Notes: generated from the sequence alone by a model not told the origin. A stretch of 64,000 nt of DNA from an uncultured bacterium (GCA_963721685.1 CAVRJJ010000001.1:303950-367949), one strand, 5' to 3'; numbered from the stretch's first letter, positions 29,276 through 39,499 are shown. Program-made: numbers and translations.

Positions 29276-29716
29276 CTAGTTTACGCCGGTACTGCCAAAC
29301 CCGCCGCGGCTGGTATTTTCCAGCGAGTCCACTTCTATCACATCAACCTCTTGGGGCAAGCCCACAATAACCAACTGGGCAATGCGGGTACCGCGAGTAA
29401 CCGTTACCGGTACATCCTTGGTATTAAATAGTGCCGCGTGATATTCATCTTCATCGCCTTGGTAGTCATGGTCAATCACCCCAATACCGTTAGCAGGCAT
29501 CAGTCCCTGTTTATGCAGCGAGCTGCGGACCGCCAGCAAGCCCCAGTACCCTTCGGGCAGTTCAATGGCAACATTTAACGGGACCAGCTTAAATCCGCTC
29601 GGAGGGATTTCCGTGTCTACCCGGGCGCAAAGATCATAAGCGGCGGCACCGGCTGTTTTGCGCTCCGGCAAAGGCAGGTCGGGGTCAAAGCGCTTTACTT
29701 TTAAGCTCAGGGACAT
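29276..29716 (-). CDS. dut: dUTPase
   Basis: AAYDL, RSS, GVIDHDYQG, RIAQ, RGGFGSTG. Confidence 0.93.
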   Translation of the reverse strand: MSLSLKVKRFDPDLPLPERKTAGAAAYDLCARVDTEIPPSGFKLVPLNVAIELPEGYWGLLAVRSSLHKQGLMPANGIGVIDHDYQGDEDEYHAALFNTKDVPVTVTRGTRIAQLVIVGLPQEVDVIEVDSLENTSRGGFGSTGVN

Positions 29717-29724
29717 AGCCGGGA

Positions 29725-30892
29725 CTACCGCTTTAATTCCTGCAGCGCACGGTCCAACTGTGGATCGCGGCCAGCGCTAAAGTCCTCAGGCGTTTGTTTA
29801 ACTTCAATGTCCGGCTTGATCCCAACCTTATCAATACCCTTGCCGCTGGGAGTAAACCAATGGGCTACGGTAATTTTAACCTGGGCACCGCCATCCAACT
29901 TTATTACTTCTTGGACACTGCCTTTGCCAAAACTCTTTTCGCCAATAAGCTTGGCCTTGATGTTATCACGTAACGCCCCCGCCACAATTTCACTTGCCGA
30001 TGCGCTGCCGCCATTAATTAATACCACTACCGGCAGCCCTTCAAGCGCCCCATTACCGGTACTGGTAAGTTTCGTCTGGCTGCGGCCATTCTTGCGTTCA
30101 TCCACTACCACCTTGCCCGCCGGTACAAACTGGCTTACCACGTCTACCGCCGCCGACAAGTAGCCGCCCGGATCATTTCGGACATCCAATACAATTCCCT
30201 TTACTCCCTGGGCTTTAAGCTCGCTAGCAGCCTTATTCATTTTTTCCGAGGTGTCGTCGCCAAAGGTAGAAATTTTAATATAACCAATACCGCCTTCTTT
30301 CATGCTCCAGGTCACACTTGGTACATCAATAACCTCCCGGGTAATCGTTAAGCTCCAACGGTTGGTTGCTGCCGCGTAGTACCGTTAAGGTTACCTTGGT
30401 ACCGGCCTTGCCCCGGATCTTTGCGACCGCTTCGTCGACGGTGTAGGAGGAAGTATCTTTTTTATTAATTCCGGCAATATAATCCCCGGCACGTAAACCG
30501 GCTTTTTCAGCTGGCGCTCCGGCAATCGGGGAAATTACGGTGAGCTTGTTGTTTCGAATACCGATTTCCGCGCCAATACCCGAAAGGGTGCCGCTTAACT
30601 GGTCCTGCAAATCCTTAGCGTCTGAGGCATCCAAGTAAACCGTGTAGGGGTCCCCGGTGGAGCTTATTAAACCGGCCCGGGCTCCATCCAAGACTTTAGC
30701 GCTATCGATTTTACCGTCATACCGGCGTTGCAACAAATCGTAGGTATCGTTTAAGCTTTCAAAATCCAAAGGCTGATGCCCAATTGACCAGGTATGAGGA
30801 ATGACTTTAGGCGCGGCTTGGCCGCCTACAAAAGCAATACCGGCAACCAGTATCGGCACAATAAGCCCTAATTTACGACCGCGTCGCTCCAA
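29725..30892 (-). CDS. S41 C-terminal processing peptidase with PDZ (frameshift near 30326)
   Basis: GDPYT, GIGAEI; DVRNDPGG, SASASEI, FGKGSVQ, DPQL. Confidence 0.88.
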
Positions 30893-30915
30893 TGTTCCTC
30901 CTGACTTTGCTTACA

Positions 30916-31965
30916 TTAAAAGTGAATAAACTGCAGCCCGCTCGACGAGATCGTCATTGTGCTGTACTCACCATTGTTACCGAAATTATACTGACTTACA
31001 AAGATTGTGCCATTGCCATTAACCCGCTCCACGTACATGACGTGGCCATACGGGCCGGCCAAAGTTACCGCCACATCACCTACGCGGGGGGTTCCATCAA
31101 CTGGAATACCGGCAGCCCTGGCATTGGCAGGCCATTGGTTAGCATTGCCGCGCCCGCCCCAGTAAGGCATGTAGCGGCCTGAAGCCGCGACCCGGAAAGC
31201 GGTGTAACTTACACACTCACGGTTATACATACCCCAGCTATCAACCGCCGTATCTCGAGGAATATTGCACCATTTCCCAGGATAGCCGCCGCCGCAAGCC
31301 GCCCCCCCGTTAGCGCTACCGCCGAAAGTCGCAGCCAATATCGCGGCCTGCTTGGCCTTAAGCTCCTCGGCTTGTTCGCTATTTGCTTTGGCCATTGAGG
31401 CGTAGCGGGATTCTTCGCCACGTGTTTGCGCCAGTATACTAGCCGCCTCGTTACGCTGAATATTTAGTGATTGCTGTAATTCACCCTGCTGCTTAAGCAA
31501 ATTTTCACCGGCAGCTTTTTGCTTTTCCAGCTCGGCCTTGAGATCCTGAATCGCGGCTGCCGCGTCTTGAATGTGGTCTTTAATTCGATCTAGATACTGT
31601 TGACGGTCGACATAATCACTTAAGCTTTTGCTGGCCGCTAGCATTTCCAATGGTGAAACTTGTGACTGCTGATAAATTTCCCGGACATTTTCATCAAGGA
31701 TTTCTTTTTTCTCTGCCAGTTCAGCTTTAGCGGCTTCAATTTGGACGTTAATGCGTTGCTGCTTTGCCCGGTTAAGGGTAATTTGCGTAGAAAGGGCGGC
31801 CGCTTGGTTGTTTATAGAAGCCAGCTTGTTAGCTAAGCTGTCGCTTTCGGACCTTAGCTGATTGGCTTGGGCCTGGTGGCTATTGGCCTGGCGGGTAAGC
31901 TCAGCAATTTGCTCATCAAGACTGGTAGCTCCCGCGGTTGGCGCTAGAAACAGCAAAGCTACCAT
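30916..31965 (-). CDS. Coiled-coil CHAP-domain peptidoglycan hydrolase (PcsB/CwlO-like)
   Basis: Signal peptide, long coiled coil, RECVSY, GNANQW, YGHVMYVE, SQYN; start uncertain. Confidence 0.88.
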   Translation of the reverse strand: MVALLFLAPTAGATSLDEQIAELTRQANSHQAQANQLRSESDSLANKLASINNQAAALSTQITLNRAKQQRINVQIEAAKAELAEKKEILDENVREIYQQSQVSPLEMLAASKSLSDYVDRQQYLDRIKDHIQDAAAAIQDLKAELEKQKAAGENLLKQQGELQQSLNIQRNEAASILAQTRGEESRYASMAKANSEQAEELKAKQAAILAATFGGSANGGAACGGGYPGKWCNIPRDTAVDSWGMYNRECVSYTAFRVAASGRYMPYWGGRGNANQWPANARAAGIPVDGTPRVGDVAVTLAGPYGHVMYVERVNGNGTIFVSQYNFGNNGEYSTMTISSSGLQFIHF

Positions 31966-32053
31966 AGCGAAGGACGTAAGTTTAGCTACGAATAATTGGT
32001 GTTTGTTTTTGGGTCCCTGGAATCCGATTTGTTTTACCCTCTTAACACTTATG

Positions 32054-32083
32054 ATTATAACTGTTTTCGCTTATGCTAGTCAA
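32054..32083 (-). promoter_or_regulatory. Promoter of CHAP gene with AGCATAAGC motif in spacer
   Basis: TTGACT-18-TATAAT. Confidence 0.65.
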
Positions 32084-32246
32084 GCCAAATACACCTAGTA
32101 AACACAGGCTTGCCGGATAGCACTAAGCATCAATACGTTCTTCCCTTGCCTCCACATATCGACTGATATCATCTGATCTGACGATATCAGAATGCATAGT
32201 AGGCAACTTGAGAAGAAGTATTGGTACGGGCAAAGAAGGTAGATGC

Positions 32247-33182
32247 TTAAAGTTTCAGATAGCGCTTGAGGGCAACTAGGCTGGATAAGGCGCCAATTGC
32301 AACGCCGATAGCAAGTTCGATCAGCGCCACAACAGCCACATGGCTTTTCATATAAGCGATAATGGCATCGATTTCGGGTATATAGCTGCTAATCCGGGGG
32401 GCGCCCGCCAAGACCACGGTATAAAGAAAGATCAAAGCCAATATGGCCGCGATTACACCATAAAGAATTGCTTCAAAAATAAACGGCCCGCGGATAAACC
32501 AACTGGTGGCCCCAACCAGCTTCATAATTTCTATTTCTTCCCGGCGGGTAAAGATTGCCATACGGATAGTATTGAAAATTATTAAGGTCGAAATCACCAC
32601 AAAGATAAGCGACGCGATAATCCCGCTTACCCTTAAGAAATTCGACGTGCTTATAATCTTGTCAATCGTAGCCTTGCGTTCCCCGCTATAGCTTATGGCC
32701 TTTTCCCGGGAACCCTCTTTATCTTTGGCCAGCAATGGTTCAAATTCTTTTAGCTTTGCTACCGTTATAATACCGTCAATTTTATTTGGATCTTCAGCCT
32801 TTATCTGAAAAGAAGCCGGTAAGGGGTTGTCTGTTTCGGTTACCGTGTCTGGCAGTTTGGGATTATCGGGGTTCTTACGGTATTCCTTTAACGCGTCAGC
32901 TTTTGTAAGAAACCGTACCGATTTTACATTTTCCGCGTGCTCAAGCTTCGTCCTAAAAGCTTCGTTTTGTTCTTTAGAATTAGCGTCATCCAGGAAAATC
33001 GAGATATCAATCTTGTTTACCACCCCCTCTATGGCCGAGGTAAGGGCCGCGTTGGCGATGTAGGATACGGCGACCAAGCTGAGCGTTACCGTCATAACCA
33101 CGGTAGCGGCGGTGGAGAGCCAGGCGTTGCGCACAAAGTTACGGATACCGGTTTTAATAATCCGAATAAGCGTAATCAGCAT
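32247..33182 (-). CDS. ftsX: Cell division permease FtsX
   Basis: RNAWLS, NPLP, NTIRMAIFTRREEIEIMKLVGAT..FIRGPF. Confidence 0.95.
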   Translation of the reverse strand: MLITLIRIIKTGIRNFVRNAWLSTAATVVMTVTLSLVAVSYIANAALTSAIEGVVNKIDISIFLDDANSKEQNEAFRTKLEHAENVKSVRFLTKADALKEYRKNPDNPKLPDTVTETDNPLPASFQIKAEDPNKIDGIITVAKLKEFEPLLAKDKEGSREKAISYSGERKATIDKIISTSNFLRVSGIIASLIFVVISTLIIFNTIRMAIFTRREEIEIMKLVGATSWFIRGPFIFEAILYGVIAAILALIFLYTVVLAGAPRISSYIPEIDAIIAYMKSHVAVVALIELAIGVAIGALSSLVALKRYLKL

Positions 33183-33862
33183 TACAGGGCGTACCTTCCC
33201 TGTTCTTCATCTTTGATAATCCGTCCGCGCTGAATGGTAATCACCCGGCGCTTCAGGGCATTTACAATCTCTTTATTGTGGGTAGTCAGCAAAACCGTTG
33301 TACCAAAGCGGTTAATTTTAAGCAGCAATTCGATAATATCCCAAGAAGTCTTGGGATCAAGGTTACCGGTAGGCTCATCGGCGATCAATATTTTCGGTTG
33401 GCGCACCAACGCCCTGGCTATGGCTACCCGCTGGCGCTCGCCGCCGGAAAGCTCCCGGGGGAAACTGGATTCTTTGCTTTTCAATCCAACTAATTGCAGC
33501 ATCCGGGGCACGCTGCGCTTAATTTCCCGGTTCGAGGCTCCGGCGGCCTCGAGTGCAAAGGAAACATTTTCGAACGTGTTACGGTTTTGTAAAAGCTTAA
33601 AGTCCTGAAAAACCACGCCGATTCGCCGGCGTAAATGCGGAATATTCTTGTATTGGATGGTGTCGTAATCAAGCCCCCCCACAATAATCTTACCGCTTGA
33701 TTGCTCTTCTTCGCGGGTCATCAATTTTATCAATGTCGACTTTCCGGCGCCGCTTGAGCCCACAATTGTCACGAACTCCTTGGGTTGGATATGCAGGTTT
33801 AATCCACTCAAGGCAATTTGCTTGTTGGGGTACATCTTGGTAACGCGATCAAAGAGTATCAC
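33182..33862 (-). CDS. ftsE: Cell division ATP-binding protein FtsE
   Basis: GSSGAGKST, VFQDFKLL, LSGGE, ADEPTGNLD. Confidence 0.95.
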   Translation of the reverse strand: MILFDRVTKMYPNKQIALSGLNLHIQPKEFVTIVGSSGAGKSTLIKLMTREEEQSSGKIIVGGLDYDTIQYKNIPHLRRRIGVVFQDFKLLQNRNTFENVSFALEAAGASNREIKRSVPRMLQLVGLKSKESSFPRELSGGERQRVAIARALVRQPKILIADEPTGNLDPKTSWDIIELLLKINRFGTTVLLTTHNKEIVNALKRRVITIQRGRIIKDEEQGRYAL

Positions 33863-33930
33863 GAGGCTATCTTACCACTTCTAGCACTTATTGTTGAGTT
33901 TTAAGCTTAACCAGAACCAGCGGTCGGAGA

Positions 33931-34905
33931 TTACCGGCCCTGGGCTAAGTGGCCGTACAGGGTTTCCAGTCCACCGCCATGGTTGATAACCACATGCTCG
34001 CCATATCCGGAGTTATCGGCACCGCTATAACTAACCGTACCGTTTGCCGCCGCGTAAATGGGTGCGCCAAAATAAGCGCCGAGGTCAATGCCCGTATGAA
34101 AACTGTAAGCCGCGGCCCAGTTAGGCTTACCAAACTCCTGGTTGGTGCTATACCCGCTGTCCAGCGGCCAGCGCAGCCGGCTTTGGAAATTACGAGGGTT
34201 TACCGGCGTACCGTTTTGGCGCACTTCAAAATGCAAGTGGGTGCCGGTTGAATAGCCGGTATTGCCCTGGAATCCAATTACCTCACCGGCAGCTACCCTA
34301 TCGCCTGCATGTACCACCCGGCCGCCGTAGCTGGCCAGCTTCTTCTTAAGCTCCGCTCGGGCAGCGTTTATTTGGCCAAGCTGGTTTTCCGCCTGCGCGC
34401 GGGCATAAACGAGACCGTTTTGTTGGGCAGCAAGGTTGGCGGTAAGCTTGTTTAACTCCTGAGCCTTGACTTCATGCTGCTTTTTGGCCGCAAGAATAGT
34501 GTTGACGGTTTCCGAGATCTTGTCGCTGATACTTTGTAAATACTGCTCACGGTCAACAAAGTCAGAAAGATTTTCGGCCCCAACCAGCTCTTCAAGCTTG
34601 GTTTGGTTGGTTGACTGGTACTGAGCACGCACCAGCTCACCTAGTTTGGCTTGTCCAACTGCCATCCGGGCTTTGGCATCAGCAATAGCAGCGTTGGTGT
34701 TGGCAATCTCGCGCTGCGTATGCCTAATTTGCGCTTCAACCGTGGCAATCTGATTATCAACATTATGGATATGGGCTTCGGTTTCAGCCGCGTGGACGTT
34801 GGCGGAATGTAATTGGTTGCGGGTGTCGCTCGCTTCGTTGGCGATTGCCATAGTTGGTGCTAATAGTACTAATAAGACCGTTACTGCCTTCGTCCGCATC
34901 CCCAT
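33931..34905 (-). CDS. Coiled-coil M23 peptidase (EnvC-like position), permuted catalytic domain
   Basis: Signal peptide, coiled coil, GNTGYSTGTHLHFEV precedes HTGID...YGHL. Confidence 0.85.
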   Translation of the reverse strand: MGMRTKAVTVLLVLLAPTMAIANEASDTRNQLHSANVHAAETEAHIHNVDNQIATVEAQIRHTQREIANTNAAIADAKARMAVGQAKLGELVRAQYQSTNQTKLEELVGAENLSDFVDREQYLQSISDKISETVNTILAAKKQHEVKAQELNKLTANLAAQQNGLVYARAQAENQLGQINAARAELKKKLASYGGRVVHAGDRVAAGEVIGFQGNTGYSTGTHLHFEVRQNGTPVNPRNFQSRLRWPLDSGYSTNQEFGKPNWAAAYSFHTGIDLGAYFGAPIYAAANGTVSYSGADNSGYGEHVVINHGGGLETLYGHLAQGR

Positions 34906-35169
34906 TTGTTGCCCTCCAGCTAAGTATCCCCACAAACCTCTCACAACCAGTATTTACGCATGACAGCGTAAGCAGTGTCAAATGAGTTTTTTAGCTTAAC
35001 AAAAGGGAAAACACTTAACCATAAGAATTTACAAGGGCTTGGGAAAGGTATATTTGGCTTTTGGCGAAAAATCTAAAAAAAATCTCAATCCTCGTTCTGC
35101 TTTTGTGAATTATGCAGAGTCAAGCAGTTTGAGTATTTTGTATGTTATTAGCCTATGCCATACATTTTG

Positions 35170-35235
35170 TTGCTGCAGAATTGCATCATATTTGCATCAA
35201 ATGTGCATCACTTTTGCCGCAGATCTGCCATCAAT
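35170..35235. repeat. Six imperfect 11-bp tandem repeats (core TGCATCA)
   Basis: ttgctgcagaa ttgcatcatat ttgcatcaaat gtgcatcactt ttgccgcagat ctgccatcaat. Confidence 0.7.
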
Positions 35236-35250
35236 CACAAGGATTAAAAG

Positions 35251-36335
35251 TTAGGCACCGATTTGGCTGCTTAAGTAAGCGTCAATAAACGGTTCAAGGT
35301 CGCCATTTAATACCATTTCGGCCTGGGAGGTCTCGTGTTTGGTGCGATGATCCTTCACTTTAGTGTAAGGATGAAGCACATACGAGCGAATCTGGTTCCC
35401 CCACTCGGCGCTCATGACCGGGCCGCGCAGCTTGCTCAACTCTTCTTGTTGCTGCTCGAGCATGAGCGCCGTAAGCCGGGCTTTTAAGATAGCCATCGCC
35501 TTCTCTTTATTTTGTAGCTGCGAGCGTTCGTTTTGGATCGCCACGACGGTACCGGTTGGAACATGCGTGATCCGCACCGCCGAATCAGTGGTATTAACAC
35601 TTTGGCCGCCATGGCCGCCGGAACGGTAGACATCAATCCGCAACTCTTTTTCATCCACCTCAAACTCCTCAGGATGCTCCAACTGCGGCACCACATCCAC
35701 CAACGCAAAGCTGGTTTGGCGTAAGTTATCGGAGTTAAAGGGACTTAGCCGCACCAAACGGTGCACACCTTTTTCACTTTTGAGTTTGCCGTAAGCGTAC
35801 GCGCCGGCCACTTCAACGGTGACACTCTTAAGGCCAGCCTCTTCCCCATCGGAACGATCAATAATATCGGTGTGCCACTTTTGGCGTTCGGCAAAGCGCA
35901 GATACATCCGCAATAGCATCTCCGCCCAGTCTTGGGCGTCAGTCCCCCCGGTACCGGCGTGGATCGACAGGATTGCCGAGCTACGGTCGTGGTTGCCGGA
36001 CAGCTTCAGCTCGAACTCGCGATCGCTGTAAAGTTCCTGTAGGCGCTCAAGGTTTGCCTGCAGATCCGGTTGCATACTGACATCATTCAGCTCGGCCAGC
36101 TCGCGCGCCATAATAATATCCTGATGCAACTGGTTCCAGCCCTCGCTATGGCTTTTGAGCCCGGCCGCCTCCTGGCTGATTTTGGCGGCCGCGGTTGGAT
36201 CATCCCAAAAATTAGGTTCGGCCATCGTTTATCAAGTTCTTTTAAACGCGTTTGTTCAGCGGCTAGACCAAGCCGCTCCATCGCGGTTTCAACCCGCAGC
36301 TGTAAATCATGCAATTGTTTAGCGGTAGCGTCCAT
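35251..36335 (-). CDS. prfB: Peptide chain release factor 2 (frame break near 36228)
   Basis: SPF motif, GGQ, WGNQIRSY; N-terminus in adjacent frame. Confidence 0.95.
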
Positions 36336-36354
36336 AATTTTCCTTTACTATCCG

Positions 36355-36452
36355 TTGACAATATGCCCTGGGTATCATATTATACACATATCACCACGAT
36401 CGGTTACCTTGCAGTGCGTGTCCTGCAAGCTCATACCGGTCATTTTTTATTT
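36355..36452 (+). ncRNA. Candidate ~60-nt sRNA with own promoter, convergent on NYN gene
   Basis: TTGACA-17-TATTAT; stems GAUCGGU/ACCGGUC and CUUGCAG/CUGCAAG followed by U tract. Confidence 0.55.
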
Positions 36453-36988
36453 TCCACATACTCCAGCTTCTTTTTATTAACTGAAACAAAATCGAAGTAA
36501 GTTGGATATTTATTTAAAAGTTGAGAATAATTTACTTTATTAGGGATAAGAATGGTGCCCAATTTTTCTTTCTCATAGAGGTATTCGTAAAGGCTTAGGA
36601 AGTCTCCGTCACCCGATACAATTACAGCCTTATCGTAATTATCAATTTCTCTGGCAGCAGCGTAGAGCACGAGGTCCGTATCGACGTTTCCCTTGACCTT
36701 CGTCTTGCCTTCCCCGTCTTTGAATGATGTTGTTGGCTTTAGTACAACGACATAACCCGCGCGTTGCAGATAGGCATACAGTCCTTCATTGCCGGGCAAG
36801 TTGCCAATAAATAAAAATGCTTCCTCAACCTTATATTTATCCTTCAAGAAACGACGAAATTTTTCAAAATCAAGCTTCCATCCCGTATAAACTTTTCTTC
36901 CATGTCGAGTAATGTCTTCCCCCACTCCCATATTGAGGTTTTGGCTATCGATGAAGGCATATACCTTTACATGTGCAGTTTTAGACAT
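36440..36988 (-). CDS. NYN-domain (LabA/DUF88, PIN-like) protein
   Basis: FIDSQNL, KGNVDTDL, VSGDGDF. Confidence 0.9.
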   Translation of the reverse strand: MSKTAHVKVYAFIDSQNLNMGVGEDITRHGRKVYTGWKLDFEKFRRFLKDKYKVEEAFLFIGNLPGNEGLYAYLQRAGYVVVLKPTTSFKDGEGKTKVKGNVDTDLVLYAAAREIDNYDKAVIVSGDGDFLSLYEYLYEKEKLGTILIPNKVNYSQLLNKYPTYFDFVSVNKKKLEYVENKK

Positions 36989-37026
36989 GGCTTTAATGTA
37001 GCATTAATAGCAATGGCTGGACACGC

Positions 37027-37065
37027 AGAAAGCCCCGGTCTTCCAAAAGGAAGCGGGGCTTTCTG
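37027..37065. terminator. Hairpin / probable terminator
   Basis: agaaagccccg...cggggctttct inverted repeat. Confidence 0.6.
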
Positions 37066-37142
37066 CTACTTACTCGCATAAATGTGAGCAAGCGCCAACT
37101 AGAGTAACGGGCCCGAGGGCCCGCCGCTAGCAACCAAGAATA

Positions 37143-37998
37143 TTATTCTCGGTTAAGCAGTTTATCGGCCAAAGCCTTCTTACTGCGGCGATAGGCTACG
37201 ACGGCGTAACCAAGGGCACCGGTACCGGCCATACCAGCCAAAGCGGCTTCAGGACCAGTCTCAGGAAGAGCAACCGGAGTTACCGGAGTCGCGGGAGGCG
37301 TTACCGGAGGGGTAGGAGGGGTTAGGAGGGGTAACCGGAGGGGTAACCGGAGCACTAACCTTAACTTTAAAGGTCACGTCCGCGATGTAGTGGAAACAGC
37401 CCGGGATTAACCCGTTGAGGCTGTCATAACCAAGCAATGTACCTTTGGTAACATCGCCCAGGATAGCACCGTTAACGGCGCCTTTACTGGCAATACGGGC
37501 AGAGCCAGGAACAACGCTGACTTTTACCTTACCATCGCTGGTAACGTTGGTGTCATCGAAGATGGTTCCGGGAGTAGCGTTCGAAGCCGAAATGTGGCCG
37601 CGAATGTTAGTGGAGCCATTAACTTCACTGGGCATATCTACCTTTAAAGTAGTGTTTTTAGCGTTCAGCTTTTCTGGATCGCTTGTCTGGGCAGGATCGG
37701 CGTTGTTGTGCACATACGCGCGAACTTCATATTCTTGGCCGGCAACTAATTTCACCGAGTCAGAATAAGCACCGCCAACTTGACGAATCGTTAAGAAGTT
37801 ACGTTCATCACCATATTGGGGGGTGTTGGTAAATGAGTTGAACTGGACATGGCCAGGACCACCACAAACACCGGTGATAGAACCACAGTTGAAGGTGGGA
37901 CGATCAGGACCAAAAGCGGCAAATGCCGTCATCGGCACCGCTAAGGTCATGGCAGCTACCGCGCTAACGGCAACTCCCTTTTTAAATTTTGCATTCAT
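37143..37998 (-). CDS. Secreted surface protein with Pro/Thr linker and LPETG sortase-type anchor (frameshift near 37320)
   Basis: Signal peptide; FNS..NTP.YGDERNF; PVTPP repeats; LPETG-TM-RRSKK in adjacent frame. Confidence 0.8.
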
Positions 37999-38228
37999 AG
38001 TATCTTTCTCCTTTGCCGTTTAAGGCAAAATTACTTAATCACACGTGTTAGTAAGTTATCGGGTTGGGCCGCGAATTGTGAAAGGACACTCTCTGCATGA
38101 GAGGCCTGACAGCTGGATAGTCATAGATGTTCAAGTCGGACACCCGACCAAGTCTGCTCTTAAGTCCCCGAAGGGTAAAAAGAGTCTTACGACTTGGCCG
38201 GATGGACCCGACTATTGCTGGTTGATGT

Positions 38229-39200
38229 TCACCGTGGCCGGTCGGCGCCCGAGCTCGCCGGGGGATCCCGGTTGAAGACCTTCCGCACGATGCGGAGCTT
38301 CTTCTTCGAGCACTCGAACTTGCCGGTAACCGTCACGGTCTTGTTGCCGTAGGGACGGGCGCCATGTCCACGGAAGTCACCGGCACGAATGACCCACTTG
38401 AAGGGCCTGCCGTACTGAGTGGCTCCGAACTGGCGTCCGTCGACCTTCAGCTTCACCTGCGTCAGGTAGCGGGTTCCCGCTCCCTTCAGACGAAAGGTGA
38501 TGGTTCCGCGCGGGCTCTTGGGAGCCTGATGCGGGGTCCATACGAGCTTCACGGCTCCGCGCCTGTCGACGCACTTCGTCGTCCTCTTCGGCTTCGGCTT
38601 GGCCTTGGCCTTCGGAGTTGGAGTGGTGGTCGTCGGCGGGAGGCCCGGCGGGTGCGCGATGTACGTGTTGCACGAGTTGTTCGTGCAGTAGTTGGTGCAC
38701 GAGTACTTCGTGCAGATCTCGGTGTTGCACGACTGCACCGCGCAGTTGACCTGCGTGTTGCACGAGTCGCCAACGCACTTCACCGTGTCACCCGGAGGGG
38801 GCGGCGGCGGTGGGGGCGGCGGCGGGGGCGGCGGCGGTGGTGGCGGCGGCGGCGGAGTGCCGGGCTGCTTCGCACAGACGAACGCGCCCGCGTTGTACGT
38901 GATGTTGACCTCGGGGAACGAGTAGCTCTTCTCGAAGATGAGCTCCGAGTAGTAGTTGGTCTTCATCTCGTACCGCAGCGTGGTGTTGTACTCGTTGTTC
39001 GGTCCCGGGTACGTCCCCAGCTCGTCGGCCCTCAGAAGGAGGCCGGTGCGGTTGGGGTTGCCGGCATACGTCGGCGCGGGCGACCCGTCGGGACACGTCG
39101 AGGCCATGGCCACGGGTGCCGCGAAGAGCATCATGGCAAGGGCCATGAGCACGATCGCGATCCTCGCGACCGGATTGGTCTTACGGGTACGGCGGGTCAT
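38229..39200 (-). CDS. GC-rich secreted protein with poly-Pro tract, Cys-rich repeats and basic beta-rich C-terminus
   Basis: GGAGG RBS before ATG 39200; signal peptide ending AMA; long poly-P; CxxxSC[NT] x4; strong GC3 bias. Confidence 0.8.
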   Translation of the reverse strand: MTRRTRKTNPVARIAIVLMALAMMLFAAPVAMASTCPDGSPAPTYAGNPNRTGLLLRADELGTYPGPNNEYNTTLRYEMKTNYYSELIFEKSYSFPEVNITYNAGAFVCAKQPGTPPPPPPPPPPPPPPPPPPPPPGDTVKCVGDSCNTQVNCAVQSCNTEICTKYSCTNYCTNNSCNTYIAHPPGLPPTTTTPTPKAKAKPKPKRTTKCVDRRGAVKLVWTPHQAPKSPRGTITFRLKGAGTRYLTQVKLKVDGRQFGATQYGRPFKWVIRAGDFRGHGARPYGNKTVTVTGKFECSKKKLRIVRKVFNRDPPASSGADRPR

Positions 39201-39499
39201 TCCAGACCTCCTGGTCGGTAAATGGAGCAACGTGGCTCCAGAATCCCCAATGCACTCATGAGAGTACACTAGTCCTGATCGTCCACGTTGCAGGGCGATG
39301 GTCAGGATCCTACCGATGTTGCGTAATTGGCGCAGCAACATGAGCAGAGTCCTGACCATCAAATAACCGATATCCAGAAAACCTGTAGCAATAGTCGGAA
39401 TTGGGTCTTGAAGACCCATGACTATCCAGCTTGTCAAAGTTCCCTATGAAAGACCGGCTGGTTTCCACCTCACCTACGTCTCGCAGAGTAATGACACGT

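Noticed and set aside
35170-35235. CRISPR array
   Set aside because: Units are 11 bp without spacers; no cas genes or CRISPR-like repeats seen anywhere in the window.
36215-36275. Programmed +1 frameshift in prfB
   Set aside because: No CTT TGA at the canonical position (reads CTT GGT). The break needs one added base at an A run, which fits a homopolymer sequencing error.
38364-39221. 285-aa plus-strand ORF and other overlapping ORFs in GC-rich inserts (also 46879-47903, 61701-62182)
   Set aside because: Shadow frames expected from high GC3 on the real coding frame; no RBS or recognisable motifs.
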